Source: a virus (Duplodnaviria > Caudoviricetes). Taken from it: a DNA stretch of 64,000 nucleotides. Made by a program: the position numbers and the translations under genes. The stretch's first letter is position 1. Every line of letters begins with the position of its first letter. The notes under the pieces are model-generated. The model saw only the letters and a program-made list of their open reading frames with translations. It was not told where the DNA came from and did not search any database. Location: positions 1 to 64,000 of IMG/VR virus record IMGVR_UViG_2924263452_000001; one strand, 5' to 3'. Shown here piece after piece: positions 20,094 through 30,722 of this stretch.

Positions 20094-20423
20094 CTACTCT
20101 TCATAAATGATATCAAGCCCATATGCTTTTGCAACTTCATTTTCAAGAATACATCCTCTTGCTCTATCCCATCCTTTACAAAAATAAACCGCATGGCAAA
20201 GAGACATATTCTCGATAGATTTTGCAAGAAAACACACTGGAATTTGTACAACACCACGTTCTTCCATTTTTTCTTTGCTATACCATTCATCCGTAAACGG
20301 TGTATTTACCACTTCATATCCAGCAGCTTCAAGTGCTTTAATCGCACGATTTCTTGTTTCAATAATTTCTTCGTCTGTCTTTCCTCTCATTGGCTGTGAC
20401 AACATTGCTTTTTTCTTATCCAA
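20094..20423 (-). CDS. DUF4406 / nucleoside deoxyribosyltransferase-like protein
   Basis: SQPM, GW..ARGCILE. Confidence 0.65.
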   Translation of the reverse strand: MDKKKAMLSQPMRGKTDEEIIETRNRAIKALEAAGYEVVNTPFTDEWYSKEKMEERGVVQIPVCFLAKSIENMSLCHAVYFCKGWDRARGCILENEVAKAYGLDIIYEE

Positions 20424-20647
20424 TTTAATAGCCCTCCTTCAAAAATCCTAATCTTTTGGCACAATCAGGGCAATAATTATATCTTCCGAAAATGGTTTTC
20501 CCGCATTTTCTACACTCATGTCCTTTTGAAATTGATGTGCCATATGGTGATCCAAGTGCGATATAGCAACGCTTACAAAACGTATAATTATCAGCACAAT
20601 ATCCGCCACATCTTTGACAATATCCCATATGCAATACTCCCTTTATT

Positions 20648-21169
20648 TTAATATCTTAATTTATAATATGATTTGTATATCATTTGAGCGTACACTTCGG
20701 GTGTAATACGTTCCTGTGTCACATCACATCTCAACGCCAACCTACTTTGTATAATTACATCTTGTGTACGCGAATACCCATCTTCAATTCCTATGATAAT
20801 TCGATCTTTCCAATCTCCAGGAAATCTATGTATCATTCTTTCAAGGTGTCTGCCAAGTTCGTACAAGCAAATAGGTTGAACACTATTCTCGCTATTTGTA
20901 AAATACATTGTAAAGATATCCATACTATTGAGATACTTAAATTCCCACTCAATCTGCTTTTGACTTGCATTTTTATCTGATGCATCGAAATGTTTTCTTC
21001 TTGGATTGAATATCATTAAATCATCCAAAGAAAAAGCATTCAATTCATCAATTACTTTACTCTGCCAATCGTCGCAATTAGTAATGCCTCCCGCTAGAAA
21101 CAATTTGATATTCTTCAAATTGTAAAATTCATTTGCAGTCGGTTCGTTTAATGCTTCAAATACTTTCAT
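20648..21169 (-). CDS. Nucleoside 2-deoxyribosyltransferase-like protein
   Basis: FLAGGI..C.DWQ, FNPRR, QIEWE, LYELG. Confidence 0.75.
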   Translation of the reverse strand: MKVFEALNEPTANEFYNLKNIKLFLAGGITNCDDWQSKVIDELNAFSLDDLMIFNPRRKHFDASDKNASQKQIEWEFKYLNSMDIFTMYFTNSENSVQPICLYELGRHLERMIHRFPGDWKDRIIIGIEDGYSRTQDVIIQSRLALRCDVTQERITPEVYAQMIYKSYYKLRY

Positions 21170-21450
21170 ATTTCTCCTTTACATCCATTCAATAGGATTT
21201 AGTATTTTAATATACTATCCACTGTATTTTTAATCAAAATTTAATATGTCATTCAAAGCGTCTACTGCCGCTTCAAGTTCTCCGTATTCTTCGTAATCCC
21301 ACGCATCGTCATCTTTTAGAAACCATTCATGTCGTATTTCTTCTAGGATGTCTCTTGCATTTTTCAACGTTTTTCTTTCCTCTTCTGATATATCAAATGT
21401 CGCATTCTTATTAATACAAATACCCGCCATTTTCTTCCCTCTTGTAATTA

Positions 21451-21948
21451 TCATTCCCTATCTATAAAAGATGAAATATGAACAGTAATATAATTGCCGT
21501 TTTCACGGATTCTATCTAAAGTCTTAACTGTGTCCTCAACAATAGCAACTTCCTGATCTGATACATTTTCAATTTCTTTGATATGCTCAAGAACAGGGAT
21601 TTTGTCCTCTTGTTCTCTTACAAAAAAGATGTTTTCCGGAAGAATACCATATTTCTCCTGTACAAACTCTCTTTTTCCAGATTCTTCTGCAGCAGTGCAT
21701 TTAGAACATACATATACCTTTTTAATATCTTTGTGTGAAATAAATCTTCTCATTTTAGGACTATATGAGATTGCACTATATGGATTAATGCCATTACTAA
21801 CCATTTCGTCCCACTCTTCATCCGACATACTATGGCTTAAATATCCAAACTCATACGGTGCTAAAACACCATCTACATCAAAAACTACTGCGATTTCTGG
21901 CTTTAATAAATACTGTAAAATATTCATGTTTCTACCTCTTATGTTCAT
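21451..21948 (-). CDS. HAD-superfamily hydrolase
   Basis: FDVDGVL, VED; duplicated RBS/start makes the true start ambiguous. Confidence 0.75.
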   Translation of the reverse strand: MNIRGRNMNILQYLLKPEIAVVFDVDGVLAPYEFGYLSHSMSDEEWDEMVSNGINPYSAISYSPKMRRFISHKDIKKVYVCSKCTAAEESGKREFVQEKYGILPENIFFVREQEDKIPVLEHIKEIENVSDQEVAIVEDTVKTLDRIRENGNYITVHISSFIDRE

Positions 21949-21961
21949 GTTTCTACCTCTT
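21923..21961. repeat. 18-bp direct repeat duplicating the RBS and start codon
   Basis: TTCATGTTTCTACCTCTT at 21923 and 21944. Confidence 0.9.
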
Positions 21962-21963
21962 TC

Positions 21964-22599
21964 TTAATTTTTACATATATCTGCAATATGCAGACATAAC
22001 TTTTCTGGAATTACGCTACGTTCCACTGCACCCTTTAATCCCTGTGTTCCAGTTTTACTTCCTCTTGGAGCTGGTTGGTGACAAGAATCGCCATTATGAC
22101 ACATTGGCTTGAATTGCGGATCTGGATGATTAGTCCATATATCCGTAGGCTTCATTCTGGTATCTCCATACTGGCAATATGTAATTGTGTATCGTGGCAA
22201 ATTCTTCATAAATGCCATTTTCCGCAAGCCACCTCTAGGATTTTCAATAAACCAATATTTCGGTTGCAACTCACGAATAAGTTCGATTGTATGCTGCACA
22301 AGATTGTCTGACAGCTTCGCAAAATCACTTACTGGATCTAAATTCCCAGTAATGGGATTTTTCTTCCGATGATGTGAAATCGCTGCTATTGAATAACTTG
22401 TACATGGTGGACTCGCCCAGATTACATCCGGCTTGCCAAACTTATCAATAATATCTTTGGCTGTCACTTCCATAATATCAGCATACCAATCAATGTTTTT
22501 ATGTTGTTTGTCTAATTCGATTGTAAAAGTCTCATAACCACGTTGGTTAAAGGCTTTCGCAATGCTACGTGTTCCACTGAATAAATCTACACACTTCAT
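21964..22599 (-). CDS. Short C5-cytosine DNA methyltransferase (invertible 5' end in ON orientation)
   Basis: DLFSG, WASPPC, IENP. Confidence 0.85.
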   Translation of the reverse strand: MKCVDLFSGTRSIAKAFNQRGYETFTIELDKQHKNIDWYADIMEVTAKDIIDKFGKPDVIWASPPCTSYSIAAISHHRKKNPITGNLDPVSDFAKLSDNLVQHTIELIRELQPKYWFIENPRGGLRKMAFMKNLPRYTITYCQYGDTRMKPTDIWTNHPDPQFKPMCHNGDSCHQPAPRGSKTGTQGLKGAVERSVIPEKLCLHIADICKN

Positions 22600-22671
22600 T
22601 TTTATAATGTCTCCTTTTCAAATACCTATGGTTGTGGGATTTCAGAGTGCCAAATCAAAACATTGTTTTAT
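22485..22671. other. Putative invertible segment 1 (spacer ACATTG), ON
   Basis: ATAAAA-ACATTG-ATTGGT (minus, 22485-22502) and ATCAAA-ACATTG-TTTTAT (plus, 22654-22671). Confidence 0.7.
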
Positions 22672-23239
22672 CCCTATAATTCCTCAAGTTCTTTTTCTAA
22701 TTTTGCGATAGTATCAGTTATCCAGTTCTTCCAACATTCTCTTGTAGAATCTGATACTCCACAATTCAATACTTGATTTTTTAGTGCCTTAATATCAAAT
22801 TCAATCTCTTTCGCTCTTTCAAATTGTTCTTTTGTCATGTTACCTCCACTACATTGAATACTCTGGATAGAAGTCATATAAATAGTCTCTGAAGCCTATT
22901 TCTTCATCTGTAATACTGTGATTTTTCCTGCACTCTAACCAAGCTTTTCCGGCTTTTGTTTCAAGAAATCTTTCATATTTAGGCAGTAGTTTTGCCATAT
23001 TCTTTTCTTTTTCTGTCATTACGCCATAAAATATCCTTTCCCTAAATTATGTATAAATTCAGACTCTCTCCAAATCATTTCACGCTGTTCTAAGCGACCA
23101 TAACACTCTGACAAAAGTTTTACTTTAAACACATTTTCTTCAGCAGTAAAATGCGGATCTGTTTTTTGCATGGATTCTACATACGCATCTGTCACATCTT
23201 CTGTGGATTCAATCTGTATAATCAGGTGTTTTAATAGGT

Positions 23240-23554
23240 TCATGTGCTAGCCTCCGTCCTATTACTCTGTTTCACTCCATTTAAGAACTTTCTGACAGGT
23301 TGCAGACCGCTGAAAATATCTTTTGCCCTGTTTTCTTCTTGCCGCTTGAATTTTTCAACTTCTCCCACATCATTTTCAGTAGGACGATAATATCCAGATC
23401 CATTCTGAATATTTACAATTACTTCTCTTTTTCTGGCAGCATTGATAAGATCACGCATTGTTCTGTCAGAACATCCGACTTTCATTGCCAATTCTGCCCT
23501 TCCGATAGCGTTCTCCCTTCCAAACGGAATATATTTTACAATGTCAACTTCCAT
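23240..23554 (-). CDS. Putative HTH protein
   Basis: RAELAMKVGCSDRTMR helix-turn-helix-like segment. Confidence 0.55.
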   Translation of the reverse strand: MEVDIVKYIPFGRENAIGRAELAMKVGCSDRTMRDLINAARKREVIVNIQNGSGYYRPTENDVGEVEKFKRQEENRAKDIFSGLQPVRKFLNGVKQSNRTEAST

Positions 23555-23604
23555 TTATATTACCTCGTATATTTATTCTCTACTACTTATTTAAGTAATA
23601 TGTA

Positions 23605-24357
23605 TTATACAAGTTTCTCGACAGACTGCCGGTGTTCGGAAATTCTCTTCTCCATAGCTCTACAATACTTCTCTTCGGACTCCATCGCAATGTAATTCCG
23701 GCTTGTATTGATTGCAGCTATACAGGTAGTTCCACTTCCAGCACAGCTATCAAGAACTGTATCACCTTTGTTTGTGTAGGACTTAATAAGCCACTCACAC
23801 AATTCAACTGGTTTTTCTGTTGGGTGCGTTACAACTGAAGGATGTGGTTTCTGGAATCTTAGAATACTTGTGGGGTGCTTCCATTCTCCTAGTTCTTCTC
23901 GATTATCCACAAACTCATATTTTCCATAATTATTGTTGTCACACGCTTTCTTCTTTCCTTTGCTATGGTTCATTGCTCCCAGAACTTTTTGAGGATTATA
24001 CACTGGTGGCTTCTTATAAAAGATACATACCTCTTCATGTACTCTCAAAGGCTGTCTATTCGCATTAAGAAATCCAGTGGAAAGTACCTTATCCCACACA
24101 AGATTGTACTTCCATAATTTTTCCTGGCTTTTCATCAGATCAGCCATAAACATTCCATCTGCGAAAATTGCAATACAACCATTAGGTTTAATGATTCTCA
24201 AATACTGTTCCCACATTTTATCAAGTGGAATAATTGAGTCCCATTTATTATGTGTTCGCTCATATGGAGGATCTACCAGAATCATGTCAACACTTTCATC
24301 TGGAATATCCTTCATAAGCTCTAAGCAATCTCCTTTATATACTTTGTTTAATTCCAT
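23605..24357 (-). CDS. N4C/N6A DNA methyltransferase, beta class
   Basis: DPPY, HPTEKP, DSCAGSGTT. Confidence 0.92.
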   Translation of the reverse strand: MELNKVYKGDCLELMKDIPDESVDMILVDPPYERTHNKWDSIIPLDKMWEQYLRIIKPNGCIAIFADGMFMADLMKSQEKLWKYNLVWDKVLSTGFLNANRQPLRVHEEVCIFYKKPPVYNPQKVLGAMNHSKGKKKACDNNNYGKYEFVDNREELGEWKHPTSILRFQKPHPSVVTHPTEKPVELCEWLIKSYTNKGDTVLDSCAGSGTTCIAAINTSRNYIAMESEEKYCRAMEKRISEHRQSVEKLV

Positions 24358-24363
24358 TTCTGC

Positions 24364-24498
24364 TCCTAATGATAGTTTTATTCAAGAGCGATGGTTGTCG
24401 TATTTCAGGCTTCAAAACATTGTATTAAGTGATTGCCTTAATTTTAAAAGTACGTGTTCATCGTGGTTTCAAGCCACTAGATGAAACTATCATTTTAT
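24364..24498. other. Putative invertible segment 2 (spacer CTATCA), directly upstream of the MTase RBS
   Basis: ATAAAA-CTATCA-TTAGGA (minus, 24364-24381) and ATGAAA-CTATCA-TTTTAT (plus, 24481-24498). Confidence 0.75.
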
Positions 24499-25123
24499 TA
24501 ATTATTTATTTCTTTTTTCTTTCTTAAAAATCTTCCAAAAATTTCTTTTTTAAATATTCTACAAATCTACTATCACATTTTGACTTACTTTTATTGTGTA
24601 TCAATTTCTCTACAACTTCCGGAACGTCAGTTATTGTTCCTTTCCATACAACTTCATTTCTATCCTTTGAATAGATTTCCATTGTACCGTCAAATTTTCG
24701 CATCACATTGCAGCCATTATATTTTTTCATGGAGTCCAGGCAAAAATCAACATTATAAAAATATAGTATATCAATTTCTATCGAATCCCACGACTCCCAT
24801 GTAAATATATCAACACCGCAAAACGTTTCTGTCGGTCTTATTTGTTCCATATTTTTTCTTCTTCAATCTTCGTTCATTTTTTCTTTTCATTCTCTTATAT
24901 TCTCTCTTTATCTTTTTCCGTTCCTTACGAAATTCTCTACTATACTTCATAAGAATATTAAATACAATATAAGTATTAGTTTGCTGCGCTTTTTCCGGTA
25001 ACGGATCATAGTCATCAACAAGAAGATAATCAAACAAAAAGTCAAGTGCTTTTTCTGAACTCATTGGTGGATTAAAAATCCCGTAATCAGGTTGTTTTCT
25101 CAGCCATTCTGTAAATGTTTCTT

Positions 25124-25351
25124 TCATTTATTTTTTCTTTCTGTAAAATAAATTGTCACGGAGCAGCCATCACTTGTATCTTCCTTTGTATATCTGTCGT
25201 ATTTGTAATCATTTCCAATACCAATATCTAAATTATCTTCTCCCCACTCAGAACGATACACTGATATTTGAGGATATGATTCTCCGCATCCAGTTAACAT
25301 AAAAACAGATGCAAGAACGCATCCTGCCAGTAACAAAACTTTCTTTTTCAT
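25124..25351 (-). CDS. Small lipoprotein
   Basis: Signal peptide with LTGC lipobox. Confidence 0.7.
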   Translation of the reverse strand: MKKKVLLLAGCVLASVFMLTGCGESYPQISVYRSEWGEDNLDIGIGNDYKYDRYTKEDTSDGCSVTIYFTERKNK

Positions 25352-25962
25352 TATTTAGACCTCTCTATCTTTATTAAAGCTACACACTGTTCGTATGCTA
25401 TTCCCCAATTTATTGCTTCTCTTCCCTTCTCATCAAAGATCTGGAGATATGCCCGATACATCATCTTTGCAATAATGTCTGGCTCTACTCTACCAACAGA
25501 ACCACCAAATGCCGGAATAACCACAGATTTACAATTATTATTGAGTGCTTCCATAAGTGTCGTCCTCATACACTGATATATAATTGTTGGATCTTTTATT
25601 TCTGATGGTGTTCGCATTGTTGGTGTATGTATCAGCCGAATATTACGACGTGGGATTTTAAAAGAAATACTTGTTCCCACAGGTTGTTCTCCATACAATT
25701 CTTGAACAATCTTTTTCTGTACCATCAACTGTAATTCATTACCGAAATACTTAGTAAGTGCGCCATCATATCCGCCATCCATTAAACCGTAGGAATTTGC
25801 AGGAGAAACTACTGCATCAATATCTGACTCATGTTTTTCCATAAAAGTCTCGAAATCACTCCATACAAATTTTACAGGGGCAACTTCATCGAATATCGGA
25901 TGGAAGTGTCTCTTCCATGCGTCTATCATATTTTTGTTAAAATCTAACAAGCATATGTCCAT
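25351..25962 (-). CDS. Macrodomain protein
   Basis: VSPANSYGLMDGG.D, PTMR, IPAFG. Confidence 0.88.
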   Translation of the reverse strand: MDICLLDFNKNMIDAWKRHFHPIFDEVAPVKFVWSDFETFMEKHESDIDAVVSPANSYGLMDGGYDGALTKYFGNELQLMVQKKIVQELYGEQPVGTSISFKIPRRNIRLIHTPTMRTPSEIKDPTIIYQCMRTTLMEALNNNCKSVVIPAFGGSVGRVEPDIIAKMMYRAYLQIFDEKGREAINWGIAYEQCVALIKIERSK

Positions 25963-26270
25963 TATTATATTCTACCTTTCCATTTAAAAATATCTGCTAA
26001 TAATAGCAAGCACAATATTCACAATAGTATCAATGACATTCTTATATTCACCTAAGAAGTTGTCAAGTTTGTACATGAATAGTTTCATTTTTGTTTTCAT
26101 GCTCTACCTCCATATTTATGTAAAAAAGTAAAAAACAAAACACCTGTTCCTTGAAAAAATTTCCAATAAATGTTAATATTGGTGGAGGTAGTACGGTTGG
26201 TAAGAACATTGTGCATGTAGTTTAAGAAGTTATGCGTAATGTAGCACTGCCAACCTGAATCCTTTTTCTT

Positions 26271-26320
26271 AGAACAAGTGTTTGTATGTGTATTATACAA
26301 AACAAGTGTTCTGATGTCAA
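26271..26320 (-). promoter_or_regulatory. sigmaA promoter with two LexA (Cheo)-box-like sites
   Basis: TTGACA-N17-TATAAT; AGAACAAGTGTTTG (26271-26284) and AAAACAAGTGTTCT (26299-26312). Confidence 0.65.
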
Positions 26321-26400
26321 CTCTTTTATAAAATACTAATTTTAAGTATTATTCCATAGTTTCTAATGTTACAATTTGTTTTCATTTTATACCTCCTGTT

Positions 26401-26517
26401 TTACAATAACTTCTTGTCATATTTATTTAGTTTTTCTATAATCAAGTCATTTGGTAATATATTCTTACAAAAATATGCTGTTGCAAATGGACTTCCCTCT
26501 ATTGCCAAATTCATATT
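26401..26517 (-). pseudogene. Disconnected C-terminus of the adenine MTase
   Basis: Minus frame NMNLAIEGSPFATAYFCKNILPNDLIIEKLNKYDKKLL*; joins the plus-strand ORF in frame on inversion. Confidence 0.85.
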
Positions 26518-26982
26518 TTAACAAGGCGAGAGGAAGATAATGGCTAACAACATAGGATATTTAACAAGTAAACTTACTCCAGAACATCAGGAAATGTATA
26601 CCCCATATTATGCTGTTGAACCAATTGTAAAATATATCCCAAAACAATATAAAATCTGGTGTCCTTTTGATAAAGAATGGTCTGCATTCTATCAAACTTT
26701 CAAAAATCTTGGCTATAATGTAGTCAAATCACACATAGACGACGGGAAAGACTTCTTTATATATGAGCCGAATGAATACGACATAATAGTTTCTAATCCA
26801 CCATTCAGTATTAAAGACAAAATACTTGAACGGTTGTACGAATTAGGTAAACCATTTGCCGTATTGCTGCCATTAAATTCATTACAAGGGAAGTCAAGAT
26901 ACAAATTTTTCTCAAAAGGTGTCCAGCTTTTATCATTCGACCAGAGAATAGGTTTTCATAATAGATCAAATATGAATTTCGT
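26504..26982. other. Putative invertible segment 3 (spacer TATGAA), OFF
   Basis: Perfect 12-bp inverted repeat AAATATGAATTT at 26507-26518 and 26968-26979. Confidence 0.9.
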
Positions 26983-26992
26983 CTACATCTAA
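26540..26992 (+). CDS. Inverted N-terminal part of an NPPF-type adenine DNA methyltransferase
   Basis: YTP, WCPFD, NPPF; the only credible plus-strand ORF in the window; truncated at the inverted repeat. Confidence 0.85.
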   Translation: MANNIGYLTSKLTPEHQEMYTPYYAVEPIVKYIPKQYKIWCPFDKEWSAFYQTFKNLGYNVVKSHIDDGKDFFIYEPNEYDIIVSNPPFSIKDKILERLYELGKPFAVLLPLNSLQGKSRYKFFSKGVQLLSFDQRIGFHNRSNMNFVYI

Positions 26993-27253
26993 CTTTTCTA
27001 ATGTCCAACAGCCGCACATGGTTTTTAACCAATCTTCTGCCTGTTCTTTTGATGAATAAATCCCTCTAAGAAGTGATGCAGTTGTCAAATTCAACCATCT
27101 GTATCTAAGAGCAACCCCATTTACCGACCACTTATCTACAACCAGCATAATAAGAAACTCTTCTTTGTCAGTATATAAGCGTGGAATTTCTAACTGTTTC
27201 ACTTTGTATATATCCCCAACATGAATATTATTTACTTTCTTCAAATTTTTCAC
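26966..27253 (-). CDS. Hypothetical protein whose C-terminus changes with inversion
   Basis: Ends DEIHI* now and DEIHILTRREEDNG* when flipped. Confidence 0.65.
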   Translation of the reverse strand: MKNLKKVNNIHVGDIYKVKQLEIPRLYTDKEEFLIMLVVDKWSVNGVALRYRWLNLTTASLLRGIYSSKEQAEDWLKTMCGCWTLEKLDVDEIHI

Positions 27254-27941
27254 CTATACTTTCAACTTCCCAGTCTCTATTTCTTGTAGCCCATGTGATT
27301 GCTTCTTCTCTTGTAGAAAATACCTTTCCTGAAATCGTCCCGCTTGATAGGTTTACCCATCTGTATGTATTATCTATCATTGGAATCTCTGATTTATCAT
27401 TCACTAAAAAGAACCAAAAATCATCAGTATCTTCCCAATTTGTCGCATTATGCTCTGTAACCAAAAAGAGATTCTTAAATTGTTTTCCAAGTATTTCTTT
27501 GATATCCGGCAAATCCTCTGAATATAAATTCAGTTCTCCTGTAATTAAGTCAATCTTTTCTATTTCCATAGGTTTAAATGCAATTACCGCCCACTGTGGA
27601 ATATCTAAAAATTCTGTTGACTCGTCCACGACATTAAAGAAATCCTGTCTGTTGACCATTCTGCGTTCATGTGCTTTTTTAATGATTTCTTTCATAGCTT
27701 CATCATTTTCTACTTCAAGTACAATTTTGGTAAAACTGCCACTAATCCACCGAGCGAAAAGTTCTTTGTCAACTCTCGCATTTGGGCTGATTGTGTAATC
27801 ATTGTTAGTCTCATTTAAAGCAGCAACATTTCTTTTAAACCATTCACAGAAGAAAGCTGTAGCCCCATGTGCCACCATAGCCCCAAGTTTTCCAGGACTC
27901 ATATTTAAGCTTTTATTTACTACAATAACCTGTTTATACAT
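27228..27941 (-). CDS. Pth2-type peptidyl-tRNA hydrolase with an extra C-terminal domain
   Basis: KQVIVV...MSPGKLGAMVAHG, TKIVL. Confidence 0.75.
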   Translation of the reverse strand: MYKQVIVVNKSLNMSPGKLGAMVAHGATAFFCEWFKRNVAALNETNNDYTISPNARVDKELFARWISGSFTKIVLEVENDEAMKEIIKKAHERRMVNRQDFFNVVDESTEFLDIPQWAVIAFKPMEIEKIDLITGELNLYSEDLPDIKEILGKQFKNLFLVTEHNATNWEDTDDFWFFLVNDKSEIPMIDNTYRWVNLSSGTISGKVFSTREEAITWATRNRDWEVESIGEKFEESK

Positions 27942-28551
27942 TTATGTTTCCTTTTCAATATTTTTATAATATTCAGTGTTTCTACATTCTTTTTGCTTGT
28001 CCTTCAAGTTTTGCTCTGCCTTTTCAAGTTCCTCTCTGAGTGTCTGCAATTCTTCTGTAATCGCCGGATTTACCTCTTTTCGCTCTGTGTATCTGAACAT
28101 CTCGTTGGTTGTGTTAAATGCCACTGCCAGAGATCTTGCAAATCGTTCCACATTTTCATAGCTTTTAATCTGCTTTTTCAGTGATTTAACTGCAAGCCGT
28201 TCTGAGATACAGTAACTATTTATGTATCGGCGTTTTCTTTTGGCGATTTCATTTTTACGCTGTTTCTCTTGCTCTCCTTTCCACAGGCAATCTTCATATT
28301 CTTCCCTTGCTGCAATACTTGCATAAACTGAAGAAATGTAATCTTCCACATCTTCCTCTCCGTCCCATCCAGCACACGGAGGTTCAATAGGAGTCCCATC
28401 AGCCCCAGAAGTCCAACCACCGGGGCAAAGCCCTTCATCTTTTAAAGGACATTCATCGCAATCTTCTATTTCATATAATTTCATTTCTTGTTTCCTAATA
28501 TATTTTATTTATTTATTTTATCTTACGGCAAAAATTTACATTTATTTCCTG

Positions 28552-29433
28552 TCAGTTGATCTGGATTATTTGTTCATAAAGCAATATATCTTTTCCACCA
28601 GGAATCACCATATTTTCATGATAGTGTCCAAAAAACCATTTTTTATAGTTTACACTTTGTTTTATATGCTCAAAGTATTCATTGAGTTCATCTCTCTCAT
28701 TTGTTCTTAAAATCATAGTCTTATCAGATGACGGGCAATCGTGTGAAAAGATAAAGTCAACCTTATTGTTTTCTGTTGCCAATGTTTCAATGCCTTTTTC
28801 CATTTCTACTTGATTTGGCATTTCCTGTTCCCACCATGAAACATGATTTATGCGGAAAAATTTTCCTTCATGATTCCACCTATCAGCTTCTTTGTTCATT
28901 AATTTTTTATTTTCAAATTTATCAGGTTGTAAAATTCCACCACTAATATCGTGACTTCTTGCTCCACCAAAGGAAAAACATTTACAACCATCAATGTCAA
29001 ACACATACCCACGTTCCAGCATTAATATAGATGGGCGGATTTCACGAACTATACCGCCATGCCATTCTTTTTGTGGATATCCATTCAGAATTTTTCTTTT
29101 TTCGCTTTCTTCCAAGTCTTTGAAAATCCATGTGTTTATGAAGTTCTTATCACTTAAACCAGTTAGGCGATCATAGTTCTCATGGTTTCCAGGAACAAAA
29201 AGTGTTGTAAAATTGCGGGAATTAAGCCAATTAAGGTCATAAATTTCTTTCTTAGTTTCTCCAGCATAATTCCATACACCACCAAAGTCGCCACAAATAA
29301 CAACATAATCATCTTTGTTCAAATGCTTTTGTTCCGGAAATGACTCCATGTTCAAACGATTAATAAAACCATCAACACTATGAGATCCAAGTTTATCAGC
29401 ACCATGAGTATCGCCAGTTATATAAATAGACAC
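28552..29433 (-). CDS. Metallophosphoesterase
   Basis: GDTHG, GDFG, GNHE, GHYH. Confidence 0.9.
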   Translation of the reverse strand: MSIYITGDTHGADKLGSHSVDGFINRLNMESFPEQKHLNKDDYVVICGDFGGVWNYAGETKKEIYDLNWLNSRNFTTLFVPGNHENYDRLTGLSDKNFINTWIFKDLEESEKRKILNGYPQKEWHGGIVREIRPSILMLERGYVFDIDGCKCFSFGGARSHDISGGILQPDKFENKKLMNKEADRWNHEGKFFRINHVSWWEQEMPNQVEMEKGIETLATENNKVDFIFSHDCPSSDKTMILRTNERDELNEYFEHIKQSVNYKKWFFGHYHENMVIPGGKDILLYEQIIQIN

Positions 29434-30722
29434 AAGTATTTCTCCTTCCGATATTTTTATAATATACGGTTTTCAATATTTTTCCGCTTCTCTTCTAAAT
29501 ACTATTTTGTACTTATATCTTTTATTTGTCAATAAAATTAAAACTCCATGCGCATTATTAAATTTTCAACATCTCTTTTTACTGCTAATTCGGCAGCTTT
29601 ATGTCTCGCTCCAATATCTCCAATAGTTTCCTGATAATCAGTGTTTAGCTTTTCTAATTCATTGATTGCTGCTTTATACTCATTAATCTGGGCGTTATTA
29701 TCTGCAATAATACTCTGGTATGATTTCTTCTCTTCTTCGGTTTGTTTCTGGGCTTCGGCAAGTTCAGCCTTATGCTCTTCCATCCTTTTCAAAATACCAC
29801 TAATGAAGGTTTTATTAAATTCTTCATCAAGACCGAGATTTACCTTATAAACAGTAATGACTGTCTTATCCAGGATATCTGTAAGAATAACCCATGTACC
29901 AGAAAGATATACATTTACCGGACGTTCTTCGCGTTGTCCGACTCTTCCGGTATAAATGCGATTTCCAAAGTGAATCATTGTGTTTATATCTTCTGTAATT
30001 TTATCCTTGTTCAATTGAACGTATGTATTCACGTCAATGGTAGTTTCACGGTTTGCAATTCTTTTTGCATATCTCTCCATTGCATGATTTGTAATTGATA
30101 ACTGCTCCATTTTTACTACGTTTCCCTTTCTTTTTTATTTGAATCTGCAATTCTAATTGTTTCTTTGCAAAATCCAATGATTTGATCTTTAATAATTTCA
30201 AAATTTTCCGATGTCATTTCTTTTAATGTATTTACTACTTTAGTAGCATTTACCTTACATCCGAATATAATACCTCTATCATATCCTTCTTTGACAAGTA
30301 GCTTCAGCTCCTTGTCATCAAGTAAAATTTTATCATTTATTCTTTTCATATGTTTATCCTATATTTATTTCTTTTATCTTCTCTTTATATATTATACGTT
30401 TTTTCTTACTTTGTCAAGTCTTTTTTTGTAATTTATTATTTCTTTTATCTTAGTTTTAAAAAATCCACCCTTGTCAAACAAGGATGGATATTATTATTTT
30501 GACTTCCACTTTTCGCACCTGTCTGTAGGACATGTTTCATAAATACGCTCTGCTTCTTCTAGGAACACAGTACAGCAACCGTATTCTTTCTTACTTACAA
30601 TATCATTTTTTATTCCTACTTTCCAACCACAAACAGCTCCGTGACTGCCAATTGTCGCGACATATCTCTGGAACAATTTTAACGTTGAAAAGTATTTGCA
30701 GTTTTTACAACGCTCTTCATTA

